A stretch of 64,000 bases of DNA, from contig CAVYRH010000002.1 of the NCBI GenBank assembly GCA_963770835.1, forward strand, positions 1 to 64,000, given 5' to 3'. The notes below the pieces were generated by a model, which made no database searches, had not been told where the DNA came from, and saw nothing but the letters and a program-made list of their open reading frames with translations. This DNA comes from an uncultured Pseudomonadota bacterium (lineage in GTDB: Bacteria > Oederibacteriota > Muellerivitia > Muellerivitales > Muellerivitaceae). How positions within the stretch are numbered: the stretch's first letter is position 1; each line of letters begins with the position of its first letter. Position numbers and translations under genes: made by a program. Shown here piece after piece: positions 1 through 9,027 of the stretch.

Positions 1-234
1 TCTTTTAGCATTGGTTTTACTCAAATGCTGGGCACCATCAACCTCGACTATTAACTTTGCAGTCGGGGCATAAAAATCAACAATGTAGTTTCCTAGTGGC
101 CTTTGGCGGTAAAACTGAATACCAAAAATCTGCTTTCCACGCAATTTCGACCACAACAACTTCTCAGCACCCGTCATGGTTGACCGCAATTTTCGCGAAT
201 AATGTTTAAGTTCAGGGTTATACCGCAAAACCAA
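1..234 (-). CDS. DUF559 / very-short-patch-repair-like endonuclease (partial, runs off window start)
   Basis: Not in the ORF track. My translation from TTG 234 is MVLRYNPELKHYSRKLRSTMTGAEKLLWSKLRGKQIFGIQFYRQRPLGNYIVDFYAPTAKLIVEVDGAQH, which has the typical T.AE..LW..LR, FxRQ, YIVDF and EVDG..H motifs. Confidence 0.85.
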   Translation of the reverse strand, partial: MVLRYNPELKHYSRKLRSTMTGAEKLLWSKLRGKQIFGIQFYRQRPLGNYIVDFYAPTAKLIVEVDGAQHLSKTNAKR

Positions 235-269
235 CTAAATCCCCCCTGCCCCCCTTTTTCAAAGTGGGG

Positions 270-1799
270 TTACTTTTTCTTAACGGCCCATTTCGAAACG
301 GCCTTCACAAGCTCGGGCAGGATGAACTTTTTCGGTTGAACCACCACTCGCCCACCCCAGTGACGAACGGAGACGGCCGTGACTGGGCCGATAACCGCTA
401 CTGGAAGGGTTTTAAGCCACTTCCGCCTTTCGGCGGTCGTAAAGATGGAATAAAAATGATCCACCGCCGAGGAAGAAGCGAAGGTCACCAAATCAACTCC
501 GCCTTCCTTCGAAAACAAATTCCGCAACCGGGCGGCAATGCCGGGCGGGACGCGATTTTCATAGAGCGGCCACAAATCCACCAACGCTTTCCTCTTTTTC
601 AGGAAATCCAACAGCACTTCCCTACCTTCAGTAGCCCTGGCAAGAAGGACACGCTTGCCCCTAAGTGAACCCCGTTGAAAGGATTTCACCAATCCCTCTT
701 GTTTGTATTCGCCCGGTATTAAATCCGTCTTGATTCCGAAGCCTTGGAGGGTTTTAGCGGTGCCCCCTCCCACACAGGCTGTTTTAACATTACCCAAATT
801 CCGGACGTCCATTTTCGACTCAAAAAGGTGGCGCATAAAAATTTCAACCGCATTAGAGCTGGTGAAAACAAGCCAATCATACGAATCGATCTTTTGAATG
901 AATTTTCTTCCTTTGGGAGTCAACGGCAGAGGATGGATTTCAATGGTGGGTATTTCAATAACTTCAGCCCCCTCTTCGGAAAACATTTCAGATAAGTAGT
1001 TAACCGGGGCACGACCCCGAGTCACGAGTACCCTTAGGCCCAAAAGCGGCTTTTTCGCGAACCATTGCAACCGGTCGGCCAAATTAACGACCTGTCCTAC
1101 GATGACAGTTGCAGGTGGCTGAAAACTCGCTTTTCTGGCTATATCCGGCAGGGTTTCCAAGCTCCCTTTCACCATCCTCTGGCGGGGAGTGGTTCCCCAT
1201 TGAATGACGGCCGCTGGGGTCTCGGGGTCTTTCCCTTCATCAACCAACCTTCGACAAAGCTGGGAAAGTGAATGGAGCCCCATGAGAAAAACAAGTGTTC
1301 CGGCATCTTTGGCCAAATGGCGCCAATCCACCTGGCTGTCATCCTTCGAGGGGTCCTCATGTCCCGTCACCACCGTAAAGGAAGAATTCATGGTCCGATG
1401 AGTCACGGGAATGCCGGCATAAGCGGCTACGGCAGTAGCGGAGGTGACGCCCGGAACAACCTCAAAAGGAATTTTATTTTCGGCCAACGCGAGGATTTCC
1501 TCGGCTCCACGGCCGAACACAAAGGGGTCACCGCCCTTGAGCCGAACCACTTGCTTACCCTGTTTGCCCAGTTTCACTAAAAAGGCGTTGATTTGGGACT
1601 GGCTGAGCGCCCCCTTCTTACCCCGGCTTCCGCGGAATATCTTTTTGGCCGTTGACGGAATAAACCATAGGATCCGGGGATGCACCAGCGCGTCATATAG
1701 GACCACTTCCGCCTTGGAAAGGACTTCCTTTCCCCGAAGGGTTAGGAGGCCCGGATCACCAGGTCCCGCGCCGACCAGATAAACTTTACCGCGACTCAT
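270..1799 (-). CDS. cobA: Uroporphyrinogen-III C-methyltransferase / uroporphyrinogen-III synthase fusion (CobA/HemD)
   Basis: N-terminal VGAGPGDPGLLT and RLKGGDPFVFGRG (SUMT); C-terminal VLVTR, FTSSNAV and FASSSAV (HemD). Confidence 0.95.
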   Translation of the reverse strand: MSRGKVYLVGAGPGDPGLLTLRGKEVLSKAEVVLYDALVHPRILWFIPSTAKKIFRGSRGKKGALSQSQINAFLVKLGKQGKQVVRLKGGDPFVFGRGAEEILALAENKIPFEVVPGVTSATAVAAYAGIPVTHRTMNSSFTVVTGHEDPSKDDSQVDWRHLAKDAGTLVFLMGLHSLSQLCRRLVDEGKDPETPAAVIQWGTTPRQRMVKGSLETLPDIARKASFQPPATVIVGQVVNLADRLQWFAKKPLLGLRVLVTRGRAPVNYLSEMFSEEGAEVIEIPTIEIHPLPLTPKGRKFIQKIDSYDWLVFTSSNAVEIFMRHLFESKMDVRNLGNVKTACVGGGTAKTLQGFGIKTDLIPGEYKQEGLVKSFQRGSLRGKRVLLARATEGREVLLDFLKKRKALVDLWPLYENRVPPGIAARLRNLFSKEGGVDLVTFASSSAVDHFYSIFTTAERRKWLKTLPVAVIGPVTAVSVRHWGGRVVVQPKKFILPELVKAVSKWAVKKK

Positions 1800-1913
1800 G
1801 CAGTCTCCTAAAACCTCATTTACATATCAGTTTAATTACTCATTACCAAAAACCTCTTTGACTCTTCAGAGTCTCCTGATTGGGCAAGCGCTTGTAAAAG
1901 TCAAACCCGGATT

Positions 1914-2684
1914 CTAAATTTTCTTTCGATGAATAAAACCATTAATTTTCGAAGCGATTTCACGACTTAATAAACCCAACCCGGATAAAACCAGCACAAA
2001 TGACCCCGTAAAAAATGGAGCAAATAACACCAAACCATTCCCGGCATAATCATTGCCAGGCTCAATAGTTGCGAGTGTACCAATTGCAAAGAAAAATGTA
2101 CCAATGAATGTCCCAAGAACCCACATCAAAAAGTACTTTGGAAAAATAAATCCCAAGAAAAAATATAGCAAACAATAAGTTATGAGTATCCAATTTTCTA
2201 CATTTGAGTTGAAGTTGTTTTCATTAGGCGCTAAAGACATAAAAAGGGTCACAAATAATGTATAACTCAAAAAGACATACCTTGAAGAACGGTCCATCAT
2301 TTTCAAAAAATATTGAGAAGCAATCCCAAAAACAAAAAAGATAAATGACCAAATTAATATTTTGAAGGATTCTTGTAGCATGGATTGGAATTCAAAGTTA
2401 TTTTCCTGAAGAACAAATAACCAAAGAAGATTAAAAAAAAGTGACCCAATAAAAATCCCAATAGGACAAACCCAAATTTTCTTTGGAAAAAAGAATCCTA
2501 AAAAAATCACTGCCACAAAAATAAGCAATCCCCAAAAACGAGAAACCAAATAATGTACATACAAGAAATGCGGATCAACATTTTCATTTAAAGAGATGGC
2601 GCATCCTATCAAAAAAAACAAAATTAATTCTATTTTTGAGAAATTTTTTGATTTCAATTGAATTAGATTCAAAATACGTCTCAT
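1914..2684 (-). CDS. Hypothetical polytopic membrane protein, AT-rich, internally duplicated
   Basis: Open frame (ORF track start 2717, ATG at 2684), very hydrophobic and Phe/Ile-rich. A sampled 60-nt line (2401-2460) is 28% GC, far below the flanking genes. Confidence 0.65.
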   Translation of the reverse strand: MRRILNLIQLKSKNFSKIELILFFLIGCAISLNENVDPHFLYVHYLVSRFWGLLIFVAVIFLGFFFPKKIWVCPIGIFIGSLFFNLLWLFVLQENNFEFQSMLQESFKILIWSFIFFVFGIASQYFLKMMDRSSRYVFLSYTLFVTLFMSLAPNENNFNSNVENWILITYCLLYFFLGFIFPKYFLMWVLGTFIGTFFFAIGTLATIEPGNDYAGNGLVLFAPFFTGSFVLVLSGLGLLSREIASKINGFIHRKKI

Positions 2685-2747
2685 TTTTTGGCAGTGCCTT
2701 TTAAAATTCTTGACCACAACAGATCCAGACTCGGAAAATCTTTTCTT

Positions 2748-3683
2748 TCACCAAGACGACCGGCCGAAGCCATTGAGAATTTCTTGGGCGCCGTTTCTCA
2801 AAAATTGTTGTGCCAGCTCGTTTCCTAACTCCATCGGCTTCTCGACCGATCCTCTTTGGCTGTTGCGCATGATTTGTTCACCGTTGGGATTGGCAATAAC
2901 CCCCAAAAGAGTCAGGGTAGGACCCTCAATGGATGCCAAGGCCCCCACGGGGATGCGGCACCCCCCCTCCAAAGTCTTTAAAAAAGCCCGTTCTGCCTCG
3001 GCGCATATGCGGGTTGGCTTGTCATCCAGGAATTCCAAGGCTTTCTTCAATTCCAAATCTTCCTGCCTCAAAGTTACGCAAAGAACCCCTTGGGCCGGTG
3101 CGGGAAGCATGATTTCCGGGGATAAAAGCTCAGTCGCCTCTTTCTCGCGTCCCAGGCGTTTTAACCCCGCGGTCGCGATCACGATGGCTTCCATTTCTCT
3201 ATCCTTCATTTTACGAAGCCGGGTATCCACATTACCCCGCAAGGGGACAACTTTCAGGTCGGATCGCAAGGCTCGGATTTGGGCTTCCCGGCGCGGCGAA
3301 CTAGTTCCAACACGGGAACCGGTGGGGAGCTCGAAAAACTTGGCTCCCGACCCCGAAATCAAAGCATCCCGGGGATCTTCCCGTTTCAAAAAGACCCCGA
3401 ACTGGATTCCAGCGGGTAATACGGTGGGAACATCCTTCAGGCTGTGAATGGCCGCCCGGACCTTCCCGGTCAGCAAGGCTTCATCCAATTCCTTGGTGAA
3501 AAGGCCTTGGGGGGCTTCCCCGGTTTCCTCAACCGCTTCTTTTGCGGAAAGCCGGTCGCCAAGGGTTTTCACTACTTCCAAGCGAACTTCTTCTCGGGTC
3601 CAGATTCGGGTGATTTGAACCCTTACACCTTCCGCCTGGGCCAAGGCCAATTGGCTGCCCCTTGTACCGATCAGAAGGCTCAT
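2748..3683 (-). CDS. hemC: Hydroxymethylbilane synthase (porphobilinogen deaminase)
   Basis: IGTRGSQLALAQ, GLFTKEL, HSLKD, GTSSPRR, RGNVDTRL and LEGGC motifs. Confidence 0.97.
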   Translation of the reverse strand: MSLLIGTRGSQLALAQAEGVRVQITRIWTREEVRLEVVKTLGDRLSAKEAVEETGEAPQGLFTKELDEALLTGKVRAAIHSLKDVPTVLPAGIQFGVFLKREDPRDALISGSGAKFFELPTGSRVGTSSPRREAQIRALRSDLKVVPLRGNVDTRLRKMKDREMEAIVIATAGLKRLGREKEATELLSPEIMLPAPAQGVLCVTLRQEDLELKKALEFLDDKPTRICAEAERAFLKTLEGGCRIPVGALASIEGPTLTLLGVIANPNGEQIMRNSQRGSVEKPMELGNELAQQFLRNGAQEILNGFGRSSW

Positions 3684-3695
3684 AAAACCTCGCTA

Positions 3696-4970
3696 TTACT
3701 CATGCTTGGAACGGTCCTTATTAAGAAAAATGTCGTCCAGCATCCGCGCATAGTCAAAGCGGTCTGCTTCATTGGAAAGCTCCTTCAAGTTCACCGAAGG
3801 ATCGTGTAGGAATTTAGAAGTTAAATCGTGGGTCAGTCGCTCCACGGCCTTTTTTTCCTTTTCGGGAAGATCCCTGTTCTTTTCAAGGAACTCCTTCAAT
3901 TCCGCCTGGCGGATTTCCTCGAAAGACTCCCGAAGACGGACAATTGTGGGCACCAGTTCCCGCGAGGAAAGCCAGGCACATAGTTTGTCCACTTCCTCCT
4001 TGAGGATCCCCTCCGCGACCTCAACCGCTTTTTGTCGTTCTCCCCGGTTGGCTTCGGCAACGGCCGAAAGGTCGTCGATGTTGTAAAGGTAAACCGACTC
4101 AATTCGGCCGGCTTCCGGTTCCACATTACGGGGTACCCCGGTGTCGATGATGAAAAGGGACCTGCCTTTCCGGTTTTTCATGGTCCCTTCCAAGTCGCTT
4201 CGAGTGAGGGGTAAGGAACCGCCACCCAAGGAGGTCAAAAGAATATCCACTTCCGCAATCCGGGAAAGGCCGTCGGAAAGCGATAGGGCTTTGCCGCCCA
4301 ATCGGGAGGCCAAGGCCTGGGCCTTTTCCAAGGTCCGGTTGGCAATAAAAAAATCCCTCACACCCGCATCCACCAGGTATTTAGCCGTCAATTCACTCAT
4401 TTCACCCGCGCCCAAAAGCAGCACCGCGTGCTCCGAAAGGGTGGTGAAAATTTTTCGGGCCAAGTCCACGGCCACACTGGAAACGTTGACGGGCATTCGA
4501 GCGATTTCGGTTTGGGAACGTACTCTCTTGGCCGCGCTGAAAGCCCGGTGGAAGACCCCGTTCAGGGTCGGACCCGCCATTCCCGCCTCGCGGGACTCTT
4601 GGTAGGCTTCCTTTACTTGGCCCAAGATCTGCGCCTCACCCACCACCATCGAATCCAACGACGACGCCACCCGAAAAAGGTGAAGAAACGCCTCGGGTCC
4701 TTCGTAAAAGTAGAAATATTTTTTTATCTCCGCTGGCTTCAACCGGTGGAAACGATTCAAGGTTTCACAAATTTCCTCCAGGCAGTTCCCTTCCTTCTCC
4801 GTGGCCAGGTAAAACTCTACCCGGTTGCAGGTGGAAAGGAAGGCCGCTTCCGGGGCGTGGGGCTTCAACCGGACCAGGACATCCCGCACCTTTTCCGGCG
4901 GCAAGGCGTATTTCTCCCGGACCGAGATGGGCGCCGTGACGTGGTTTAGGCCGTAAGCGATGAACTTCAT
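3696..4970 (-). CDS. hemA: Glutamyl-tRNA reductase
   Basis: Starts MKFIAYGLNHVTAP at ATG 4970; STCNRVE, SMVVGEAQILGQ, GAGEM and DTGVPRN motifs. Confidence 0.96.
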   Translation of the reverse strand: MKFIAYGLNHVTAPISVREKYALPPEKVRDVLVRLKPHAPEAAFLSTCNRVEFYLATEKEGNCLEEICETLNRFHRLKPAEIKKYFYFYEGPEAFLHLFRVASSLDSMVVGEAQILGQVKEAYQESREAGMAGPTLNGVFHRAFSAAKRVRSQTEIARMPVNVSSVAVDLARKIFTTLSEHAVLLLGAGEMSELTAKYLVDAGVRDFFIANRTLEKAQALASRLGGKALSLSDGLSRIAEVDILLTSLGGGSLPLTRSDLEGTMKNRKGRSLFIIDTGVPRNVEPEAGRIESVYLYNIDDLSAVAEANRGERQKAVEVAEGILKEEVDKLCAWLSSRELVPTIVRLRESFEEIRQAELKEFLEKNRDLPEKEKKAVERLTHDLTSKFLHDPSVNLKELSNEADRFDYARMLDDIFLNKDRSKHE

Positions 4971-4987
4971 GGGAGGGTCCTTGGGTC

Positions 4988-5809
4988 CTAAAAAACATGC
5001 TGGGTGGTCAGGAAAACCCGGACACCCACGAAGGTGAAAAGCGCCAGGACGTACCCGGACATGACCAGGATCATGGATTTTCGCCCCCGCATCTTGAACC
5101 CCCATCGCAGGAGGAAAAAACAGGCGTAAATCATCAAAACCAGGAAGGAACCGAGGATTTTGGGGTCCAAAACCGGTAGTTTGTTCCAAACCTCGAAGGC
5201 TTGGACGGTACCAAGACCCAGCCCGGCCAACCAGAAAAGAAAGCCCAAGCCGATATAAAAAACCGTCAATTGGTCCAGGGCTTCCAGGGCGGGAAGGCGG
5301 TAACCCCAGTTTTTGATCTGGTGATGCTTGAGCTGTCCTTCCCGAACCCAAAAAGCCACCCCCACCCCGAACCCAACCGTGAAGTGGGAAAAGCCTAAAA
5401 ACGTAAGGAAAATATGACTGGCCATACCCAGGGTCATCAACCGGCTATCCATAATCGGGATGTCCTTCAAGCCAGCCAAAAAGGCAAGGAAAGCCACGAA
5501 GAAAATGAAAGGGGTGAAAAGGGACGTCAATACCGGCAAGGGGGTCTTGAGGCGGCCTATCAGGAGGGCCGCACTCAAGGAAAATGAAAAAGCGGTGAGG
5601 ATACCTTCCAGGTTGTCCAATGGCGCATAGCCGTGGGCGGCCCACTCGCCCACCAGCGACAAGCCCTGCAGACAAAAAGCGAGTGAAAACCAGCGGATGG
5701 CCAATCGGTCGAAACTCTCATCCAGGCTCCGGTAATAACGGAAGGAAAAAACGCAGCTCAAAGCATAAAGGATGGTGATACTGCTTAAAACAATGTCATA
5801 AAGAATCAT
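4988..5809 (-). CDS. ccsA: Cytochrome c biogenesis CcsA/HemX-like membrane protein
   Basis: Multi-TM protein with HIFL, LPALEALD, DPK and a C-terminal H-x-F; located directly upstream of hemA. Confidence 0.8.
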   Translation of the reverse strand: MILYDIVLSSITILYALSCVFSFRYYRSLDESFDRLAIRWFSLAFCLQGLSLVGEWAAHGYAPLDNLEGILTAFSFSLSAALLIGRLKTPLPVLTSLFTPFIFFVAFLAFLAGLKDIPIMDSRLMTLGMASHIFLTFLGFSHFTVGFGVGVAFWVREGQLKHHQIKNWGYRLPALEALDQLTVFYIGLGFLFWLAGLGLGTVQAFEVWNKLPVLDPKILGSFLVLMIYACFFLLRWGFKMRGRKSMILVMSGYVLALFTFVGVRVFLTTQHVF

Positions 5810-5903
5810 TCTTTTCTCCCTGGAAAGGGCTTCCGGGCCAGAAGCACCATCACTTTAATCCTTTTTAGATGCTTAAACAACTTCCCGACCCAAACGCGCA
5901 AAT

Positions 5904-5933
5904 AAAAAAACCCCCGGACAGGACCAGAGGTTT
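5904..5933 (-). terminator. Intrinsic terminator of the nuo operon
   Basis: Minus strand AAACCTCTGG-TCCTGT-CCGGGGGTTTTTTT just after the nuoN stop. Confidence 0.75.
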
Positions 5934-5962
5934 AAACATGCTGGTGAAAGCCGCTTTAAAAT

Positions 5963-7426
5963 TTAAAAGAGCGAACTGGCCGCCGCCTGGGCCACATTCA
6001 TAATGGGAGTGGGCCAGAACCCCAGTGTGACCGTAAAAACCACGCAGACCACTAAGACGCCCTGTTCCAGGAGGCTCATTTCGATGGGCGAGGAGTCCTT
6101 GGCATCGACCACCAGGGCCTGCCGGACCACTTGAAGGTAGTAATAAAGCGAGATGACGCTGAAAACCATCCCCACGAGGGCCAGCCAAGTGTAACCCATT
6201 TTGACGGCGGCGCCAAAAAGATACCACTTGCCTGAAAACCCCGCAAAGGGCGGAACCCCGGCCAGGGAAAGAAGGCAGACGAGAAGAACCACCCCGATTA
6301 AGGGGGATCTTTTCCACATGCCCGCGTAATCCTCGATTTGGTCGCTACCGGTTTTCGCGGAAACAATGATGATTGCCAGGAAGGCTCCCAGGTTCGCGAA
6401 GAGATAGACGAACAAGTAGAAAAGCACGGCGGTCAACCCCAGCCGCCCACCCGCCAAAAACCCGGTAGAAATATAACCCGCCTGGGCGATGGAGGAGTAA
6501 GCCATCATGCGTTTGATGTTCCTTTGCGGCAGGGCCTCCAGGTTTCCGAGGATGATGCTCATGGCCGCCAGGACCGCGAAGAGTCCTACCCAAACCGGTG
6601 AAATGGCCTCAGAGGAAAGACCCACCCAGAAGAGGCGGACGAAAGCCGCAAAGCCCGCCGTCTTCGACGCGACGGAAAGGAATGCCGTAACGGGGGTTGG
6701 GGCTCCCTCGTAAACGTCGGGGGTCCACATATGGAAAGGTGCCAGGGATATTTTAAAGGCCAGCCCGGCGATCACCAGGATGACGGAAAGCACCAGTAAG
6801 GGGGAAACGGTTTGGGTGGCCAAGCTCTTGGCGATATCGGCGATTACGGTCGTCCCGGTTAAGCCATAAAGATAGGAAAAACCCAGGAGCAGCAGGGCGG
6901 ACGAAAAGGCGCCGAGAAGAAGGTATTTCATGCCCGCCTCGTTGCTGCCCTTGTCCTTCTTCATGAAGGAAGCCAAAAGGTAGCTGCTGATGGTGAGCGT
7001 TTCCAACGAGATGTAAAGCGTGATGATTTCCTGGGAGGAGGCTAAGGCCGAAGCACCCGCCGCCGAAAACAAGAGGATAGCCAGGAATTCCGCCACGTAA
7101 GTTTTGTGGCTCTTAAAATATCGGATTGCCATTATCAAGGTTAAAAGGGTTGCCAAAAGAATGATTAACTTAAAGAAGAGGGCCAGAGAGTCGGTTTTCA
7201 AGAAGCCCGCGAAGGCCTCCACGGGCCCGGAACCCCCACAAGTTGAGAAAAGGCAGGTGCCGTTCAAACAGGCCAGTGAGAAGAGTGCGCCCAAAGTCCC
7301 CAGGCAGGCGATCCAATGGAGAAGACTCTTCCCCGCCTTTTCGCCGCGAAAGAGATCGACGACTAAAACAAGGATGGCCGTTCCCACCAGCCAAAGTTCA
7401 GGTAAAAAAGCGGAAACATGGATCAC
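5963..7426 (-). CDS. nuoN: NADH-quinone oxidoreductase subunit N
   Basis: EAGMKY, FKISLAPFHMWTPDVYEGAPTP and KRMMAYSSIAQAGY motifs. Confidence 0.96.
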   Translation of the reverse strand: MIHVSAFLPELWLVGTAILVLVVDLFRGEKAGKSLLHWIACLGTLGALFSLACLNGTCLFSTCGGSGPVEAFAGFLKTDSLALFFKLIILLATLLTLIMAIRYFKSHKTYVAEFLAILLFSAAGASALASSQEIITLYISLETLTISSYLLASFMKKDKGSNEAGMKYLLLGAFSSALLLLGFSYLYGLTGTTVIADIAKSLATQTVSPLLVLSVILVIAGLAFKISLAPFHMWTPDVYEGAPTPVTAFLSVASKTAGFAAFVRLFWVGLSSEAISPVWVGLFAVLAAMSIILGNLEALPQRNIKRMMAYSSIAQAGYISTGFLAGGRLGLTAVLFYLFVYLFANLGAFLAIIIVSAKTGSDQIEDYAGMWKRSPLIGVVLLVCLLSLAGVPPFAGFSGKWYLFGAAVKMGYTWLALVGMVFSVISLYYYLQVVRQALVVDAKDSSPIEMSLLEQGVLVVCVVFTVTLGFWPTPIMNVAQAAASSLF

Positions 7427-9009
7427 TTGAATCCTCCGATATGGTCGATAAGGGGAGCGATGGTCGCGTTGGAGAGGTCCACGAAAGGTTTGGGATAAAG
7501 CCCGACGGCAAGGGAAACCACTAGGAGGAAAGCGATGGGAAGAATCTCAATAAAGCTTCCGTCTTTCACCTCTTCCTTGAGGAGAGGATCCTTCATGGGA
7601 CCGTAAAAAACCATCTGGACCAACCGCAGGTAATAAATCGCTGTCAGCACAATGGCCAGGATAGCCACAGGAAACAAAACCTGGAAAATATCGAAGCCTC
7701 CATGGAAACCGCTGCGGTAACTTCCCAGGAAAATCAGGAATTCGCCTACGAACCCGCTCAAACCCGGCAGCCCCACATTGGCCATGGCGGCCGCGACGAA
7801 AAGTCCTCCCAAGACCGGCATGGCGGCCCCCAGTCCCCCCAATTTGGAAAGTTCCCTGGTATGAGCTTTACCATAAACTATCCCCACTAGTGCGAAGGTC
7901 ATGGCTGCCACTATACCGTGGGAAAGGGTTTGGATGACCGCACCGTTCAACCCCGCCACCTGCAACGTGCAAATGCCAAAAAGAATGGCGCCGCAGTGCG
8001 AGACGGACGAATAGGCAATCACGTACTTGAAATCCTTTTGCTTCAAAGCCACTACTGCGGCGTAGAGCATGTTGATGATCGTAAGGATGACCAGGATCGG
8101 CAGCCAATGCTTGGCACCCCCGGGCAAGGCCGGCAGCGCTACACGGATAATGCTGTAACCGCCCAGGCTCTTTAAGACACCCGCATGCAACATGGAAGCC
8201 GCCGTGGGGGCCGAACCGTATCCGTCCGGCGACCAAGTGTGAAAAGGAAAAATGGCCGAAATCACCCCAAAACCCAAGAACAGGAGGGGAAACCAGAAAT
8301 TCTGGAATCCGGGATTAAAGCCCGTTTGGGCCAGGTCACCCAGGACGCGGATGTCGAATGTGTGGACGTTGGAGGTGAAATACATGGCGAGAAAGCCCAC
8401 TAACATAAAGGCTGAACCCGCCAAGAGCATCAAGGTAAGTTTCATGGCGGCGTATTCCTTACGGCCGCTTCCCCAGATGCCAACTAAAAGATACATGGGC
8501 AATACGGCGAACTCATAAAAGAGGAAAAAGAAGAACAAATCCAAGCTCGTGTAGGCGCCTGCTACGCCGCCTACCAAGAGGGAGAAAAGGACAAAGTATT
8601 CCTTGGTCCGCATGCTGATGTTCCAGGAAATCAGGGAACCGGCGAAATACACGCAGGCCACTAACACCACCATGAGAGTGCTCATGCCATCAACGCCGAG
8701 GAGATATTGGATGCCGAAATTGTTGAGCCAGGGAACCTGCTCCACCAGCTGGAAGCCGCCAGCGGCGGTTTGGTAGATAGTAAAAACCCGGAAAGCGAGT
8801 CCTAATTCAAGGGAAGCCATGAATAGGTTTATCCAGCGGGTCCACTTCACGGAAGAAACCATGATGGCAAAGGCGGACAGATTTGGGATCAAGATGAAGC
8901 AGGTCAGGACGGGGAGGATGTTGGGATTGGCCGGAGTGGGATTATGAAAGAAAAGGAAAGCCGCTACAAAGGGGACCAAGATCGTGGCCATAACGGTAAC
9001 AGGAAACAT
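7423..9009 (-). CDS. nuoM: NADH-quinone oxidoreductase subunit M
   Basis: LGVDG, FFLFYE, PFHTWSPD, IAYSSVSH and GLPGLSGFVGEF motifs. Confidence 0.95.
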   Translation of the reverse strand: MFPVTVMATILVPFVAAFLFFHNPTPANPNILPVLTCFILIPNLSAFAIMVSSVKWTRWINLFMASLELGLAFRVFTIYQTAAGGFQLVEQVPWLNNFGIQYLLGVDGMSTLMVVLVACVYFAGSLISWNISMRTKEYFVLFSLLVGGVAGAYTSLDLFFFFLFYEFAVLPMYLLVGIWGSGRKEYAAMKLTLMLLAGSAFMLVGFLAMYFTSNVHTFDIRVLGDLAQTGFNPGFQNFWFPLLFLGFGVISAIFPFHTWSPDGYGSAPTAASMLHAGVLKSLGGYSIIRVALPALPGGAKHWLPILVILTIINMLYAAVVALKQKDFKYVIAYSSVSHCGAILFGICTLQVAGLNGAVIQTLSHGIVAAMTFALVGIVYGKAHTRELSKLGGLGAAMPVLGGLFVAAAMANVGLPGLSGFVGEFLIFLGSYRSGFHGGFDIFQVLFPVAILAIVLTAIYYLRLVQMVFYGPMKDPLLKEEVKDGSFIEILPIAFLLVVSLAVGLYPKPFVDLSNATIAPLIDHIGGFK

Positions 9010-9027
9010 TATCGATTCCCTCCAGGG

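Noticed and set aside
4971..5351. 127-aa N-terminal extension of hemA in the ORF track
   Set aside because: Overlaps ccsA in another frame; HemA homology begins at ATG 4970.
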